This document shows, one piece after another, positions 1 through 11,707 of a DNA stretch of 64,000 nucleotides (its first letter is position 1; every line of letters begins with the position of its first letter). A model generated the notes under the pieces. The model saw only the letters and a program-made list of their open reading frames with translations, was not told the origin of the DNA and ran no database searches. The position numbers were made by a program, and so were the translations under genes. Origin of the DNA: Phoronis australis (Eukaryota > Animalia > Phoronida); NCBI GenBank assembly GCA_002633005.1, contig NMRA01000054.1, positions 574,736 through 638,735 on the forward strand. The letters run 5' to 3'.

Positions 1-28
1 AAACGAAAACAAATCAAAGAGAACTTAC

Positions 29-111
29 TTGGTTTTCTAATTGTTCAATTTGTTGAGTGAGGTTTTTCACGACTTGTTCCAGTCCATTGGATTGTTCACA
101 TGTTGGACATC
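29..111 (-). CDS. NELL: NELL-family protein, exon 6 (CPTC motif and coiled coil); gene continues off the window
   Basis: ttctag acceptor, GTAAGT donor, 83 nt. CPTCEQSNGLEQVVKNLTQQIEQLENQ is the NELL CPTC motif plus oligomerisation coiled coil. Confidence 0.92.
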
Positions 112-977
112 CTAGAATATAGTTTGGCTTTGTTATTGGATGAATGAATTATAAAAGTAACCATGAAGGGATTCATGGCATGGTTGGAAAAACACTGGAC
201 TTTTTGCCAGTTTAGCCCACTTCATCATAATTCTTCAGCTGACTGCACAAATAATTTCTAAACACAATTCCTTTCCATTTTTTTTGGACCCTGGCTACCT
301 TGCCCCTAACACCTAATCAAAATTAATTTTTTACCCTATTTTTTACCAACCAACAGCTCTACAGTACAAATCAGAGTTAAAATTTGGTATGAAGAAATTT
401 CTAAATGTTTCTTTTTGCTGCCACCTTTCCACCTCTTCGTGTCCCAAATATTTTTAAAATTATTGTATTGCCAGGCCCAAGGAAGGCAGGCTTGATGTAC
501 TGGGACCCCTTAAGCTTATCAACACACTCATGTATTTCACTCATTCCAGGGGTACATTACATAGAAGCAAGACAACAATGATAAGTAATTAAGACAGTGT
601 GATTACGTGCTTCACTTCTCCCACATGTTATCTGACAAAGACTTGCATGACCTAGCACTTTCAGAAGTTTCTTGCATTTTCGGAATGCAGTCCAAGATTC
701 TACATTCAATGCTCTTTCATTTAAGGTATCAGCACTATTAAAATAGCTTTCTGTCAATTCAAAATTCCTTAATGGGACAAATATTCCTAATATTATTGGC
801 TGCAAATTAAATTGGGAAATATTTTTGATGCAGTGAAGGATATGGTGACTAAAGGGTGTATTATTGACACAGACCCATGCATAATAATAATAATTGCAGG
901 CATCTACTGTATGTACAAAAACTGAAAACAAAATTTGAATCTTTTATTAAAAATATGTATTCGTTGAAAACACCTAC

Positions 978-1047
978 TTTTGTCTTCAGGGCACTGCAAT
1001 AAATAGCCATGGTTTCCAAATGCAATTTTGACATCTCGTAACGACCC
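978..1047 (-). CDS. NELL: NELL-family protein, exon 5
   Basis: tttcag acceptor, GTAGG donor, 70 nt. GSLRDVKIAFGNHGYLLQCPEDK is the end of the TSPN domain (G-Y/F-x-x-QCP). Confidence 0.92.
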
Positions 1048-1466
1048 CTGAAAATAAAACATATAAATGCAAAGCAATGTGCCAGACAAAAGCCAAGAGA
1101 TCACTGCAAGAAATTATACCCACCACAAATATTTCTCAGTTTAGGACACAATTTGGCAGTCAATGTAATTTTTAAGAAAATTACAATTTGCTTTTACCAT
1201 GGTGAGTATGGTACAACTGTCATCAAAGAACAATTGATAAAGCTTTGAGGATTTGGAACAATTTTTGTAGAGCCCTTAAAAGTAAAAAAATGACAATTTT
1301 ACTGAGTACTTTCATGCTAAATTGAAGAATTTTTACTACTGATTTGAAAATGATGATACTAAAACACATAGAAGCTAGGTGCAATAGAAATTGCCTGTGA
1401 ACATCAATCATCCTGGCAAATGATCAACAGTTCAACTGTGGAAGCTAAATGACTGGCAATATGTTG

Positions 1467-1694
1467 TTTTGCTCACATACAGTTACTTAGCAACATCATA
1501 TTTTGCTCACAAACAGTTACTTAGCAACACCATATTTTGCTCACATACTGTTACTTAGCAACATCATATTTTGCTCACATACTGTTACTTAGCAACATCA
1601 TATTTTGCACACATACTGTTACTTAGCAACATCATATTTTGCTCACATACTGTTACTTAGCAACATCATATTTTGCTCACATACTGTTACTTAC
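1467..1694. repeat. 34-bp minisatellite, about 6.7 copies, in a NELL intron
   Basis: Unit TTTTGCTCACATACTGTTACTTAGCAACATCATA recurs at 1467, 1501, 1535 and onward. Confidence 0.97.
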
Positions 1695-1976
1695 TGACGC
1701 ACAAAGGAGATTATCCAATTTTATTAAAATTCAAGTTATCAGTCAAAATCTATACATCATTCAGGATTGTGGACATAATAAATTCATAGTCTGAATCAGT
1801 AGCAGGTTCAGTGAATACTGAATTTACACTTGTATCTCATGGGTGGACAGCACTCAAATAAGAGGGGGACTATAGCCCCCCAGCACCCANTCACTATGTC
1901 CAATTTGACCCACTATGATGTCTATTTAGACCCATTATATCCATATTGTTTTGTGACTCAGGTATTTTTCACTTAC

Positions 1977-2241
1977 CTTAAAAATAGAGATACGTCGGCT
2001 TCTCTGCCCCAGCCATAACTCCCATGACTCTTTACATTTGTCAATAGTCCTTATAGTCCGTTTGTACACAAGGTTGCAATCAATGTACAGGGATAGCACA
2101 GTGCCGCTTACAATGACGGCAACTTTGTGCCATGTGTGATCAGCAAGTTTATATGGCATGGTCTCCGTCACGCCACTACCGTTCACTGTGTAGTGAAGGC
2201 GAATCTCACTTCGTGGACCACTACTCTCAAGCTCCAGTGCA
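1977..2241 (-). CDS. NELL: NELL-family protein, exon 4 (TSPN/LamG core)
   Basis: ttacag acceptor, GTAAGT donor, 265 nt. LELESSGPRSEIRLHY...PYKLADHTWHKVAVIVSGTVLSLYIDCN...LWLGQR closely resembles vertebrate NELL1/2. Confidence 0.95.
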
Positions 2242-3504
2242 CTGTAAGGAAAACCAGGACCTAGTAAAATTTGAACAAAACGAAGTATGACAAAATACTA
2301 TATATTCATTTGTAATTGGAAATAATGATTAAAAGTCCTATTTTAAACAGCTACAATTTGTAAGCTGAAAAACAAAAAACGAAGGGCAGTGGTAACCCAA
2401 CTGCAGGTGCAGTAGAGTGATGACTCAGCGAAGTCAAGAATCAAATTCTTAAAAAACGTGTTTAACAAAAGAAAAAAATAATAGTCAACTCTTACTTGTC
2501 AGTTGTATTTATTTACCATTTAACTTCCTTAGGATATTTTGTAGGTCGGGTTGCAGTGCTCAACACAATAGAGGCTCGAAATTAAATTTTGGTTAAAAGG
2601 ATACCAAGCCCAGTTTTGGCCCATTAGCAGATAATAAAAACCAATCTCCCATCTATTCCTCTGGAACAAAATACTCTGTACATTACCTACCATTCTCCTG
2701 GAGTGTAAATATCAAGAAATTTCCACTATCACCATCTAATCTAGAATCACGCTCCATTAAACTTGTCAAGCAAGCCTTTTGTGTTGGTACACAATACTGT
2801 GGTTAAGCTGGTCAGAGCTAGTACAGTTACACAAAGGAATCAACAGTTGAAAATTATATCTAATTTCTCTGAAAGTCAACCATTTTTCTCCATTCGAAGG
2901 TTTTTAGTATTTCATACAAAACACATCTGCTTCACAACATTTGTTGAAAATTGTTTGCAAATTGTATTTTTAAATATTGGTTAGTGTCAGGTGCACTGTT
3001 TAAAACATAATTGCTGCATTATGTCAGCTTATCACAAGAAAGCAGACAAAAGGAGAGCTGGACTGTGTAAACATTGGTTTGCCACAGTCAAACTGATAAC
3101 AACTCAGTTTTACCCTGACTGGCTGATCAGTCAGCTGTCCTGATACTCATTCCACAGTGAGGGTGCCTAATGAACTGAACCATCGACAACTTTCAAAAGT
3201 TTGGAGAAACCTCCTTTCAAAGTCTGCTAAATGGCCAAACATGACCTATAGTTTTAGCGAATTACTCGGCAATTGTAGAAAAAGACCATCCACCAAAAAC
3301 CATACTGTTCAACTTGTGACATAGGGGGTATGAAGTTTTAATTGATTCCTGCTTTTTACTTGGACGATCCCCTTGACGCCAATGATGCATTAGCAGCCTG
3401 ACAGACCTGGATTGGAGGAAATCAGTCATCAAGACAGGGTTTAGTATCCTTTTAAAAGTCCTAAACAGTGCAATTACAAGTCGCACAAAGTGCATTTAGC
3501 TCAC

Positions 3505-3655
3505 CTTTCACCTTGATTTGTAAAAGCTATAAGGCTGCCAACATTGCCCCTTTTCTGTTTCACTGATGCAAGTATAGAAAACACTTGGTGGGCCTGGAAG
3601 TACTGGGTGGCATTATGAATCAGATGCTGAGGCATTTTCAGGGTTCGGTTTGAAT
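3505..3655 (-). CDS. NELL: NELL-family protein, exon 3 (TSPN/LamG)
   Basis: ttccag acceptor, GTGAG donor, 151 nt. SNRTLKMPQHLIHNATQYFQAHQVFSILASVKQKRGNVGSLIAF matches the TSPN F-(S/T)-I-L-A-x-V-K-Q pattern. Confidence 0.9.
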
Positions 3656-3825
3656 CTGGAAAACAGCCGAATTGCTTAGATTATAAACGTGTTTGCAACA
3701 ATGGTTTTTCAGTTGGTGACATTTTCACAATAAAAATTAAGTTAAAGCATTTATATCAAAATTCTATGAAAAAAACATAAACTAGTGTGCTGGGCACAGC
3801 TGTACAGTGGGCAAATAACTCAAAG

Positions 3826-3856
3826 CATAGACTATAGTACATGTCTATAATCTATG
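3826..3856. mobile_element. 31-bp palindromic transposon relic with 7-bp target-site duplication
   Basis: CATAGACTATAG-tacatgt-CTATAATCTATG, flanked on both sides by CTCAAAG (3819-3825 and 3857-3863). Confidence 0.7.
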
Positions 3857-4458
3857 CTCAAAGCAGAGTTACACCTTTTCAAATGTAATTGTTAAAAAGC
3901 TGCCTATTGTTTGTAAGACTGATAAACTATTTTTGGCACGTGAAGAGGAAACATGAAACATGACATTATGACTCATTTCAACTTTGTTGCTGAAAACATT
4001 GTTATTTTTATCTTATATTCCCCCGGCTGTTGTGAAGTTGTTTACCACTATCAAACATCAGGCGACACTATGTGTAAAATGTCGCTCTAATGCGCGTACC
4101 TGAAACTGGTGTCACCAGCCGAGGTACTCCGTGTAAACCCCAAACTAATTAGCGTCCATGCTGGAAGCGACACCTATAGTTTTTCTGTCAACTAGAACAT
4201 ACCAACAGCAGAGACCGTTACGTCTTTGCTTGCAGTGAAAATATCCGTCGCATGTCTGTCTACCATGGGCCCGCCACATGGAGTTAACTCGGTAGGCTCT
4301 ATCAGTCTATGGAAGCCGTGACAACATAACTTTGTCTAGTACAAAGCACTGATGAGAGACAGTCATTGCTGTTTACAAATGATGTTGCATATGCTTTAGT
4401 CATTGCCATACGATGTCCAAATATTCAAGTAGTCGAAAACTAGTCTAATCATACTTAC

Positions 4459-4590
4459 TCTCAAAAACAAATGTTACAGAATTGCCTTCGAGATTAGCTA
4501 TTAAGGACACGCCACCTTCCTCAGTTTTTTGTCTCAGTTCCTCAGTGAGATCAATCACATGGTCTGGCATCTGGATAAAGGAGCTGCAAA
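4459..4590 (-). CDS. NELL: NELL-family protein, exon 2
   Basis: ttttcag acceptor, GTAAGT donor, 132 nt, phase 1 to 1. CSSFIQMPDHVIDLTEELRQKTEEGGVSLIANLEGNSVTFVFE resembles the start of the NELL TSPN domain. Confidence 0.85.
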
Positions 4591-6087
4591 CTGAAAAATA
4601 ACACATGGTTCAATGCGTAACTCATTGTTGTAGATTCGAGTTCATTTCAATATTTCAGTCATGAGCCATCCCCAGGAATACCACAAAACTGCGTGCTTGG
4701 CTGGAACTCAGTACCGGAATACTAGTACCCTGGCGATTCCGATACCTCACTGGCGTTTCCGCCAAAATCGAGGAAAATTACTCATACAAATTTCGACTGG
4801 CAAAACTAGACTCATTTTAGTGGTTGCGTTGTGCAGTCTCACCCGCATCGTGGGGATTCTGGATTAGTACCTATTCCACGTTTACTAGTAGGCCTAACTT
4901 TAACAGTCACCTCTTGTCAGTACACATGATGAATTGTAACACAAACTAGATAAACTTGTTCAAATATATATAATTGCTCTTTCAACGTTGGTATTAAAGT
5001 TAATCATAACAAACATAGCCACAGGGGGAAAACTTTGGACGTCTGCGCCTTGGTCTATTCTCTGTACTAGACTGAAATCGAACTCGGAATTATTTTTAGC
5101 CTTCTCCGTCCTAAACCCAAATAAATGTCTATTTTTCTATGCTCACGTAATGCACACGAGTTTCCAGTCCAGTTGCTATATCCCTAGATTCAACTTAAAT
5201 CTCGAATAAAAACGTGAGCTTTCGAGTAAAAAGTGGATCCTTCGAGTTCGGACTGCAAGTTATTGCTTTAGTGCTGGGGTCATCAGCAAGTGAAAGCTAT
5301 GGTTAGACAGTCATCCACGTAAACCAAAACATAACAATAATATAATTATAGACATCGCTATCTTGAATTCGTAGGCAATAAAAGTACAATGGAAAATGTC
5401 AATTTGAGTTCGATTTTGAATACAAAAATTAAACACTGGGCCCTGATCGCAAACACAAGGACGTATCTCTCGACAGCCCCTTTTCGGACTGGTAATTAAA
5501 TTAAGTGGACCTGTGTGGTTCTCTGGCTCCTACCAATTAGATGATTTGTTTGTTATGACTGTGTTATTAGGATAACAATAACAACAAGTGTGTGTGGTAT
5601 TGTTTCTGGGTCAGATCCTAGTGGCAAAACCGTTGAAGGTTATAAAAATATATTGCAATCATTAAAATGTTCAATAAATGGCACATGGTTACAGTAAAAG
5701 TTTATGTCAATCATTTCCGAAAGTCTAACAAAGTCTAAGCATAAAGTAAAACGCCACTGATTTCGAAAATCTCAGACAATGACAGTTATTTAGCGGATAA
5801 AATTCAGTGGTTTTCAAACTCGGGGACCACGATTGAAAAATATAATTCAGTTTTTTATATTTTTAAAAGTGCACCAAACTGAGAGATGAAAAAGTTGATG
5901 TTTAATGAATAACTTCTTTTTTCAAATTGGTAAGCAGCAAATTCTCAAGAGAAACTATAACAGACTGCACGGCTATGACGATTCGAGAACAATCCGACAG
6001 GAACTAAAAATCGGTGATACGTAAGCACCTATTGCAGCCGCAGAATGAATTCACCTATGAAAGATTATCCTTAAGGTACTTAAATGG

Positions 6088-6244
6088 CGTGAAAACTGAT
6101 TTTCAGAGACCAGCCTCAGTGGGGAATTGAACCTGCCACCTCCGCGGTCGTAGTCAACACTCTACTGGCGGAGCTAAATGCGACCCAATGGGAGAGTAGT
6201 TGAAGCGTATTCAGCTGCTCAAGTCACCGACCTTGATTTCAACA
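6088..6244 (-). mobile_element. tRNA-derived element (solo tRNA-containing LTR or SINE head)
   Basis: Minus strand has A-box-like TAGCTCCGCCAG and B-box GGTTCAATTCC. It begins TGTTGAAA and ends TTTTCACG. Confidence 0.55.
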
Positions 6245-7272
6245 AGTGGCTGGTAGACAACGACGAGAATTAACGATTTGTGATGTAATCACAACTGTTT
6301 TTGTTGTTGCGTAACTCTGAACAAAGCTAAGAACTTCAGGCAGCCAATCCCACGCAACAATTACCATGTAAAACCGATAATGTCTTCGTGTTAAAACAAC
6401 ATTTCGTGAAAATAATGAAACATTTCACATGGATTAAATAGACAGAGCCTTTAAGTTCAAATCACTTTTCCCATGGCGTAACACAAATAGGGAACAAGTG
6501 CAAAGCACTAACATCAACTCTCATTGTCAGATTACGCTGAAAGTACAGAAGATAGCAACTCAGCGAAACCCAACTAATTGACAAAACTCTCCAAAGAAAA
6601 CACATAATCAGGCAACGTCATTTTGAGCTGGGAAAATAATGACACTAACACTCAATTAACATGTTGGAACCGATAAAAAACTCATTAACCGAGACCATTT
6701 ACTATCACGTTGGCCTGCAAAAGACAAAATATCAAAGCCGAAGCAGGCTCTTGAAAGTGTTTCTTTAGCAGTTCTTTTGTTATCCGTCACATATGACGTA
6801 GTTCGAACTGAAAACGAGAGAGCAATCTTAACAATGAGGCACAAATCACGAAACTGTCTAGACTTGTCTAACTAAGGTATTAGTGCGTTCGGGAATTATC
6901 TGGGCTTCCCTAAAATGCATAGGTCTGCACAGATTAATTTCTGCTGGACTTGCGTAGGCATTGTCATCGATTCTAGCGGGTAATCTGTTCTGTAATTATC
7001 TCAATCTCAGCTTGAAAATATTATTTAAATGTGGCCATAACTTGATAGTTCAAAAAGTGTTTTCGTGATTTTCACTCAAAACTGATCTCGTCACCTGATA
7101 TTGTATAATTAGTACATCTCGGAAAGACGTGAGCACAGGTTAGCGAAAACTCTGCCCTCACTGTCACAAAGAGTTTTGTATGTATATTTAATAGACATAA
7201 ATCGACTTTGTGTGTTCTGACAAAAAATATAATAAGAAAACATTCCTGCCAATACTGACTTTATATTTTTTT

Positions 7273-8230
7273 AATAGAGAGCTTTCGCAAAGCGACGTGA
7301 ACGTGAATTATCACGCATATATAATACCGCGTCGTACATGCCATTGTTGGCTGTGACGTAATCCCGATAGTGTTTGAGAATTTTACGCGAATACAGGGAG
7401 ATTCACGTTGCTTTAAACCTGTGGCCCTTTTTGATTCTTATATGGTAGGACATCAAAATGATTTTTATTTTGATAGGTTTCTTAATCTTTCTTCTTTGCT
7501 TCAGTATAAAATGAACACAATTCTTTTAGTCTAGTAATGTTCTTAAAGTTCATTTGCAAGAAAGCATCTTTTCCAAAAGCCTTATGCTGCCAGGGTTGGC
7601 TGGATATCATTGAACTAGATTGGATTTTAACAGACATAATTTTGTGTTGTTGAACTTTTTACATGCTTAATTTACATGCATCTATTTATTTTAAACTGCA
7701 AATAAATTTCGCATTCTAAGAGTTGACCATTTCTCGCAGGAGTTCGTAGAAACGACTTTTTTCACGTAAAAGAAGTTCCATTAGCAGAGTGACTTTTAAG
7801 TTTTTTTTGCAAACTAGCAATTATTCAGTTCACGTTTACTTTCACGTTCACGTAACAGAGGCGGATCCAGGATTTTGAGTTAGGGGGGCGAGGCCAGGTC
7901 ACAGGAATAACCCGAATTTTGGCAGGCGCGGGCGCCCAGCCTAAAATGTAGGTATGCAGGGGTCTCGAAAAAACTGTAAACGGGATATCTTCGGGTCCTA
8001 TGCATTGTTTATTCACCTCCCGAGCCCCTCTGGTTGCGCGCATGTGCTAGTCAGCAATTAACCCAAAATGCCCTATCTGATAGAGTTTTGGGGGGCATGA
8101 CCCCCTTGCCCCCCTCCCCCTTAAATCCGGCACTGCGTAAACATTTAGCTGTTACTGTAACGTGAATCGATACGTGCAATTAAGCAGCGTGATAATTCAA
8201 GTTCACGTCGCTTTGCGAAACCTCTCTATT
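7273..8230. mobile_element. Non-autonomous TIR DNA transposon with a nested insertion
   Basis: About 43-bp terminal inverted repeats: AATAGAGAGCTTTCGCAAAGCGACGTGAACGTGAATTATCACG and CGTGATAATTCAAGTTCACGTCGCTTTGCGAAACCTCTCTATT. Confidence 0.85.
7856..8135. mobile_element. GC-rich MITE nested in 7273-8230
   Basis: Ends CAGAGGCGGATCC...AATCCGGCACTG, with CGTAA duplicated at 7851-7855 and 8136-8140. A related decayed copy lies at about 24780-24930. Confidence 0.8.
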
Positions 8231-11220
8231 AACATTGGAGCCAACCAACAACATAACAGGTTTTAAAATGGAAACATACTCTGAAAAACTTTGTGGCATT
8301 TGTTGCTTGGGGTTGTTCCACCTGTGGTGGTGTTCGGTAACTTTTGTAAAATCTTTGTCATATTCAACTTGTGACTCCAAACGGAGGACGTCCTCGCCAC
8401 ATTCCGAATCCTCATTGCTCCACACCGATGAAAACAAGACACAGATTTCATCTATTAATGATGATTTAAACTGCCATAAGAGTGTATGTCTTTCCTTATA
8501 TATAGCAGAAATGAGACTCAGAAAACAATAGTTGTAGTCCTCTGTTGAGAATGACGACTATAGATTTTTTTTCTGCCTTCAACTGGCAGCGGTGAAAATG
8601 ATTGCTCTTCGGGATGCCGTTTTATCAGAGGTCGCACACCTCGGCGGTCAAAGACACATATTTTTGTGAATGCGATGCTGTATTTTTCACAAGAACGAAA
8701 ACTTGCCACTGGCATTAAGTTGACAAATTTTCACTTGGTTGTGAACAAAATCAAAATCCAAGTCAGCTTGCCTGGTGCTTGTCATTAACACATTTGTACA
8801 TGTTTTTCACTTGATAGTCAATCATGCTTCTTAGATTCTCTCTTCTTTAAGATAGACATGAGGTTAAAAAACTGAGTCAAGCACTCGGGCGGGGCTTATT
8901 CCTCTTTAGTTGATGAGGAATCGAATTTTCTCAGATAAATCGGACAAAGTTCAGTTTTTCATCAGATGACCATCGGAAGATATTATTTATCCCCAAAGCT
9001 TGCTGACGTCATCACATGACATGTCACGCGTCGCAAGAAATATTTAATATTCAAAATTCTTTTACTCTCGCTCCTTGTATAAAAGGGAAATCAAGAGATA
9101 TGCTAATTAAGCCTATCAATCTAGATTTCGCATGTTTGCATCACTTTCGACATCCAGTTGTAATCGAAGGAAAACCTGTAATTGAATTAACGCGGTCAAA
9201 TTTTGGCAAGGATATAGTGGGCACTGTGAATTTCTGACGCGTTTTTTGATTTCTAAATGCCTTGGACATTTATTCTCTGTATCAATGGAAATACATGTCA
9301 TATCAGAGTAAGCACTCCTAACACAACGTTTGGCGCAAGAGACCAAATCACACAGAAACCGCGTGATTCTACGACAGACGCAAATCATGGGGTATCGTAA
9401 GAGTGGAAGGCGTAAGTTGCGACAACAGCCACTCTCGTTAACACGTGTCAAGCGCAGTGTCGGATTAACAGCAAGGCATTGAGATATGCGAGAGATTATC
9501 AGTTTGCAAAAATGTTTGTAGCTGTGTCTTTGTATAATTATTATTTTTTAGAAACAGTACTCTGGAATCCAAACTTGTTTCTAGTAGGTTGACGTCTGCA
9601 ACTAAACACACAACAAAAATCACATCCACAATTTTACAGATATTTCGACATGCAAGCAGACGCTCTCGTCTGACCGGCATAGAGCCAAACAGAAATTTCT
9701 AAGACAGAATGGAATTAAACAATCCCCCTTCGATTGCGTTCACGTTATGACTCTTTATAATACGCACCTTCAAGATAGTGGTTTTCCATATTCGTGTTAT
9801 GTTCTATAACTATCACCTGACAATGTTTTGAGAAATTGTGGCCATTCACGACAATGTTAGAAGTCCTTTGAAATGAACAAGCATAGAAATTAATTTTGTA
9901 CGAAGTTGGTGAGATTATATGACTTGCACAATAATCGATGTCAAAAATGTCGAAGTTTATTATTTATTGAATTTCAGGCTACATCATATGGTCATTAATT
10001 AACTCTAACCTCTCTATTTGGTTTCCAGTTCTAACTAAGGTATGATAGCTGAATTCTAACGTTTGAGGGAAATTTGTCACATGGTCTACATTAAGAATCA
10101 TGTCACAAAAAGACACCACTGAATGGAATCAGCGTATAAGTCGCAATGGGTTCATCTAAACGCTGTCGATGGGGGCTGAGTTCCTCATCTTCAAATTTGC
10201 TGTCGAATCTTCCAAACACAGTTCTTTCATCCACACAGCGCCCCCTTCTTGCTGTTGTTGTCCTGTTCGTTGCAACAACACTAAGTATATTCAAACCACG
10301 AATGACGTAATAGAAGTTACAATTTCAAGCTAAACTTCCTTTTGCCATAGGGTGTGCCAGATTGGTTTGCGCTGTGTAAAATGATTCAGTGTCCCCCTGG
10401 ATTCAGTATCCGGCCTGCATGTATTTGAGTGGATCATCTGGGTAATTCCCTTAACAACGCGGGGCACCCTAAAAATAACCAGGTAGGACACTAAGCTCGG
10501 CAGAAGATAGACTCCTATCATTGTAAGGAATATTACGAGACCGATTTTATAAATAATGCATTAAGAATGGACAAAAACGTACTACATCACCCAGTTGAAG
10601 ACATGTACAGTTGCAATGGATATTAGCCTTTGCATTGATGTGATACTTCGCGCATACACCTATACACGAAAATTTGAAAAAATATTTCGGATGTTGGTGC
10701 ATCGGCTTAAACATGCACATATTGCGTTATAACTAAAGTAATTTCAAAGTATTTACTTAGCTGTGAGTGTAGGTCAACTGTTGAGATGTGGCCCTGGGTT
10801 CCACAAATTAAAAGTATGCGAACGCCATTGACTCATATAATATAATTCAACTTCATACCAACACTTATTTTCAACATCAAAGTTTTATGTGCACGGATAC
10901 GTTCTTAACAAATATCCTCTGGAACTAAGGCTTGGTAGACCCCAACATGTTCTGGTTTCCTTTTCAACGAGTTCATTGGCTATTGGTATCTAATTTATCT
11001 GTTATTCAGTTATGAATAATTACATGACGTAATCGCATCACAAGATTAATGAATACAAATCTAGTAAACCTAAGTCGATATTCAAATTGATACTTTTAAG
11101 TTATGATCTGTGCCTGTCTGATAAAAATTAACAAAACTGCCTTCTCACATCAAGCGGCTGTGCCCGGGCTTCTGGCACGTTCAGCACCTGCAACACAAGG
11201 TAATACAAGCATGTGCTGAC

Positions 11221-11291
11221 CATGGGCCGCGCACCATAGGGGGCGGGGGGGGGTTATACCCCGACTTTTTTCAGTGCTCCGTCGCCCCGTG
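11221..11291. mobile_element. About 70-80 bp CATGGGC-ended mini-MITE family
   Basis: Related copies at about 1838-1890, 34650-34728 and 45050-45112 share the CAGCACTRAAAAAGTGGGGGCTATWGCCCCC core in either orientation. Confidence 0.65.
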
Positions 11292-11649
11292 CTGTAGACT
11301 ACTGGACCTGTTTCACTAAGATGCCGTAACTTTACAACGTTTTTATGCAGTCTAAAGGAAAACTTACGCCAGAACTTGCCACTAATTGCACGTTTCCGGA
11401 TGGGTATTCTAGAGATTGTAGATATACTTTTAACAACGATATAACTTTGACTCCCAACTTAAACTTTGGAAGAAAGGTCCAGCTTCGACACTCTTTTGTT
11501 GAATCACATAACTTATAGCACTGTTATGGTGCAAAACTGTTTGATATCGGGGTATTCCCACATCGTCAGGGGTTAAAAATCATCAGCCATTACCCGGTCA
11601 GCAAAAGTTTTGCCGATTGTCACAACGTGAAACAATATCCGTAACTTAC

Positions 11650-11707
11650 CCATGCATCCAATATACACAATGAAGAGACCGAAGATTGCATCGATTTCAC
11701 GCAACAT
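11650..11707 (-). CDS. NELL: NELL-family protein, coding exon 1 (signal peptide)
   Basis: ATG at 11707, MLREIDAIFGLFIVYIGCM plus 1 nt, then a GTAAGT donor. Phase 1 joins exon 4590-4459 in frame, giving a hydrophobic leader ...LFIVYIGCMVCSS. Confidence 0.8.

Noticed and set aside
1467-1694. 34-bp repeat of CRISPR-repeat size
   Set aside because: Head-to-tail units with no spacers; an ordinary minisatellite.
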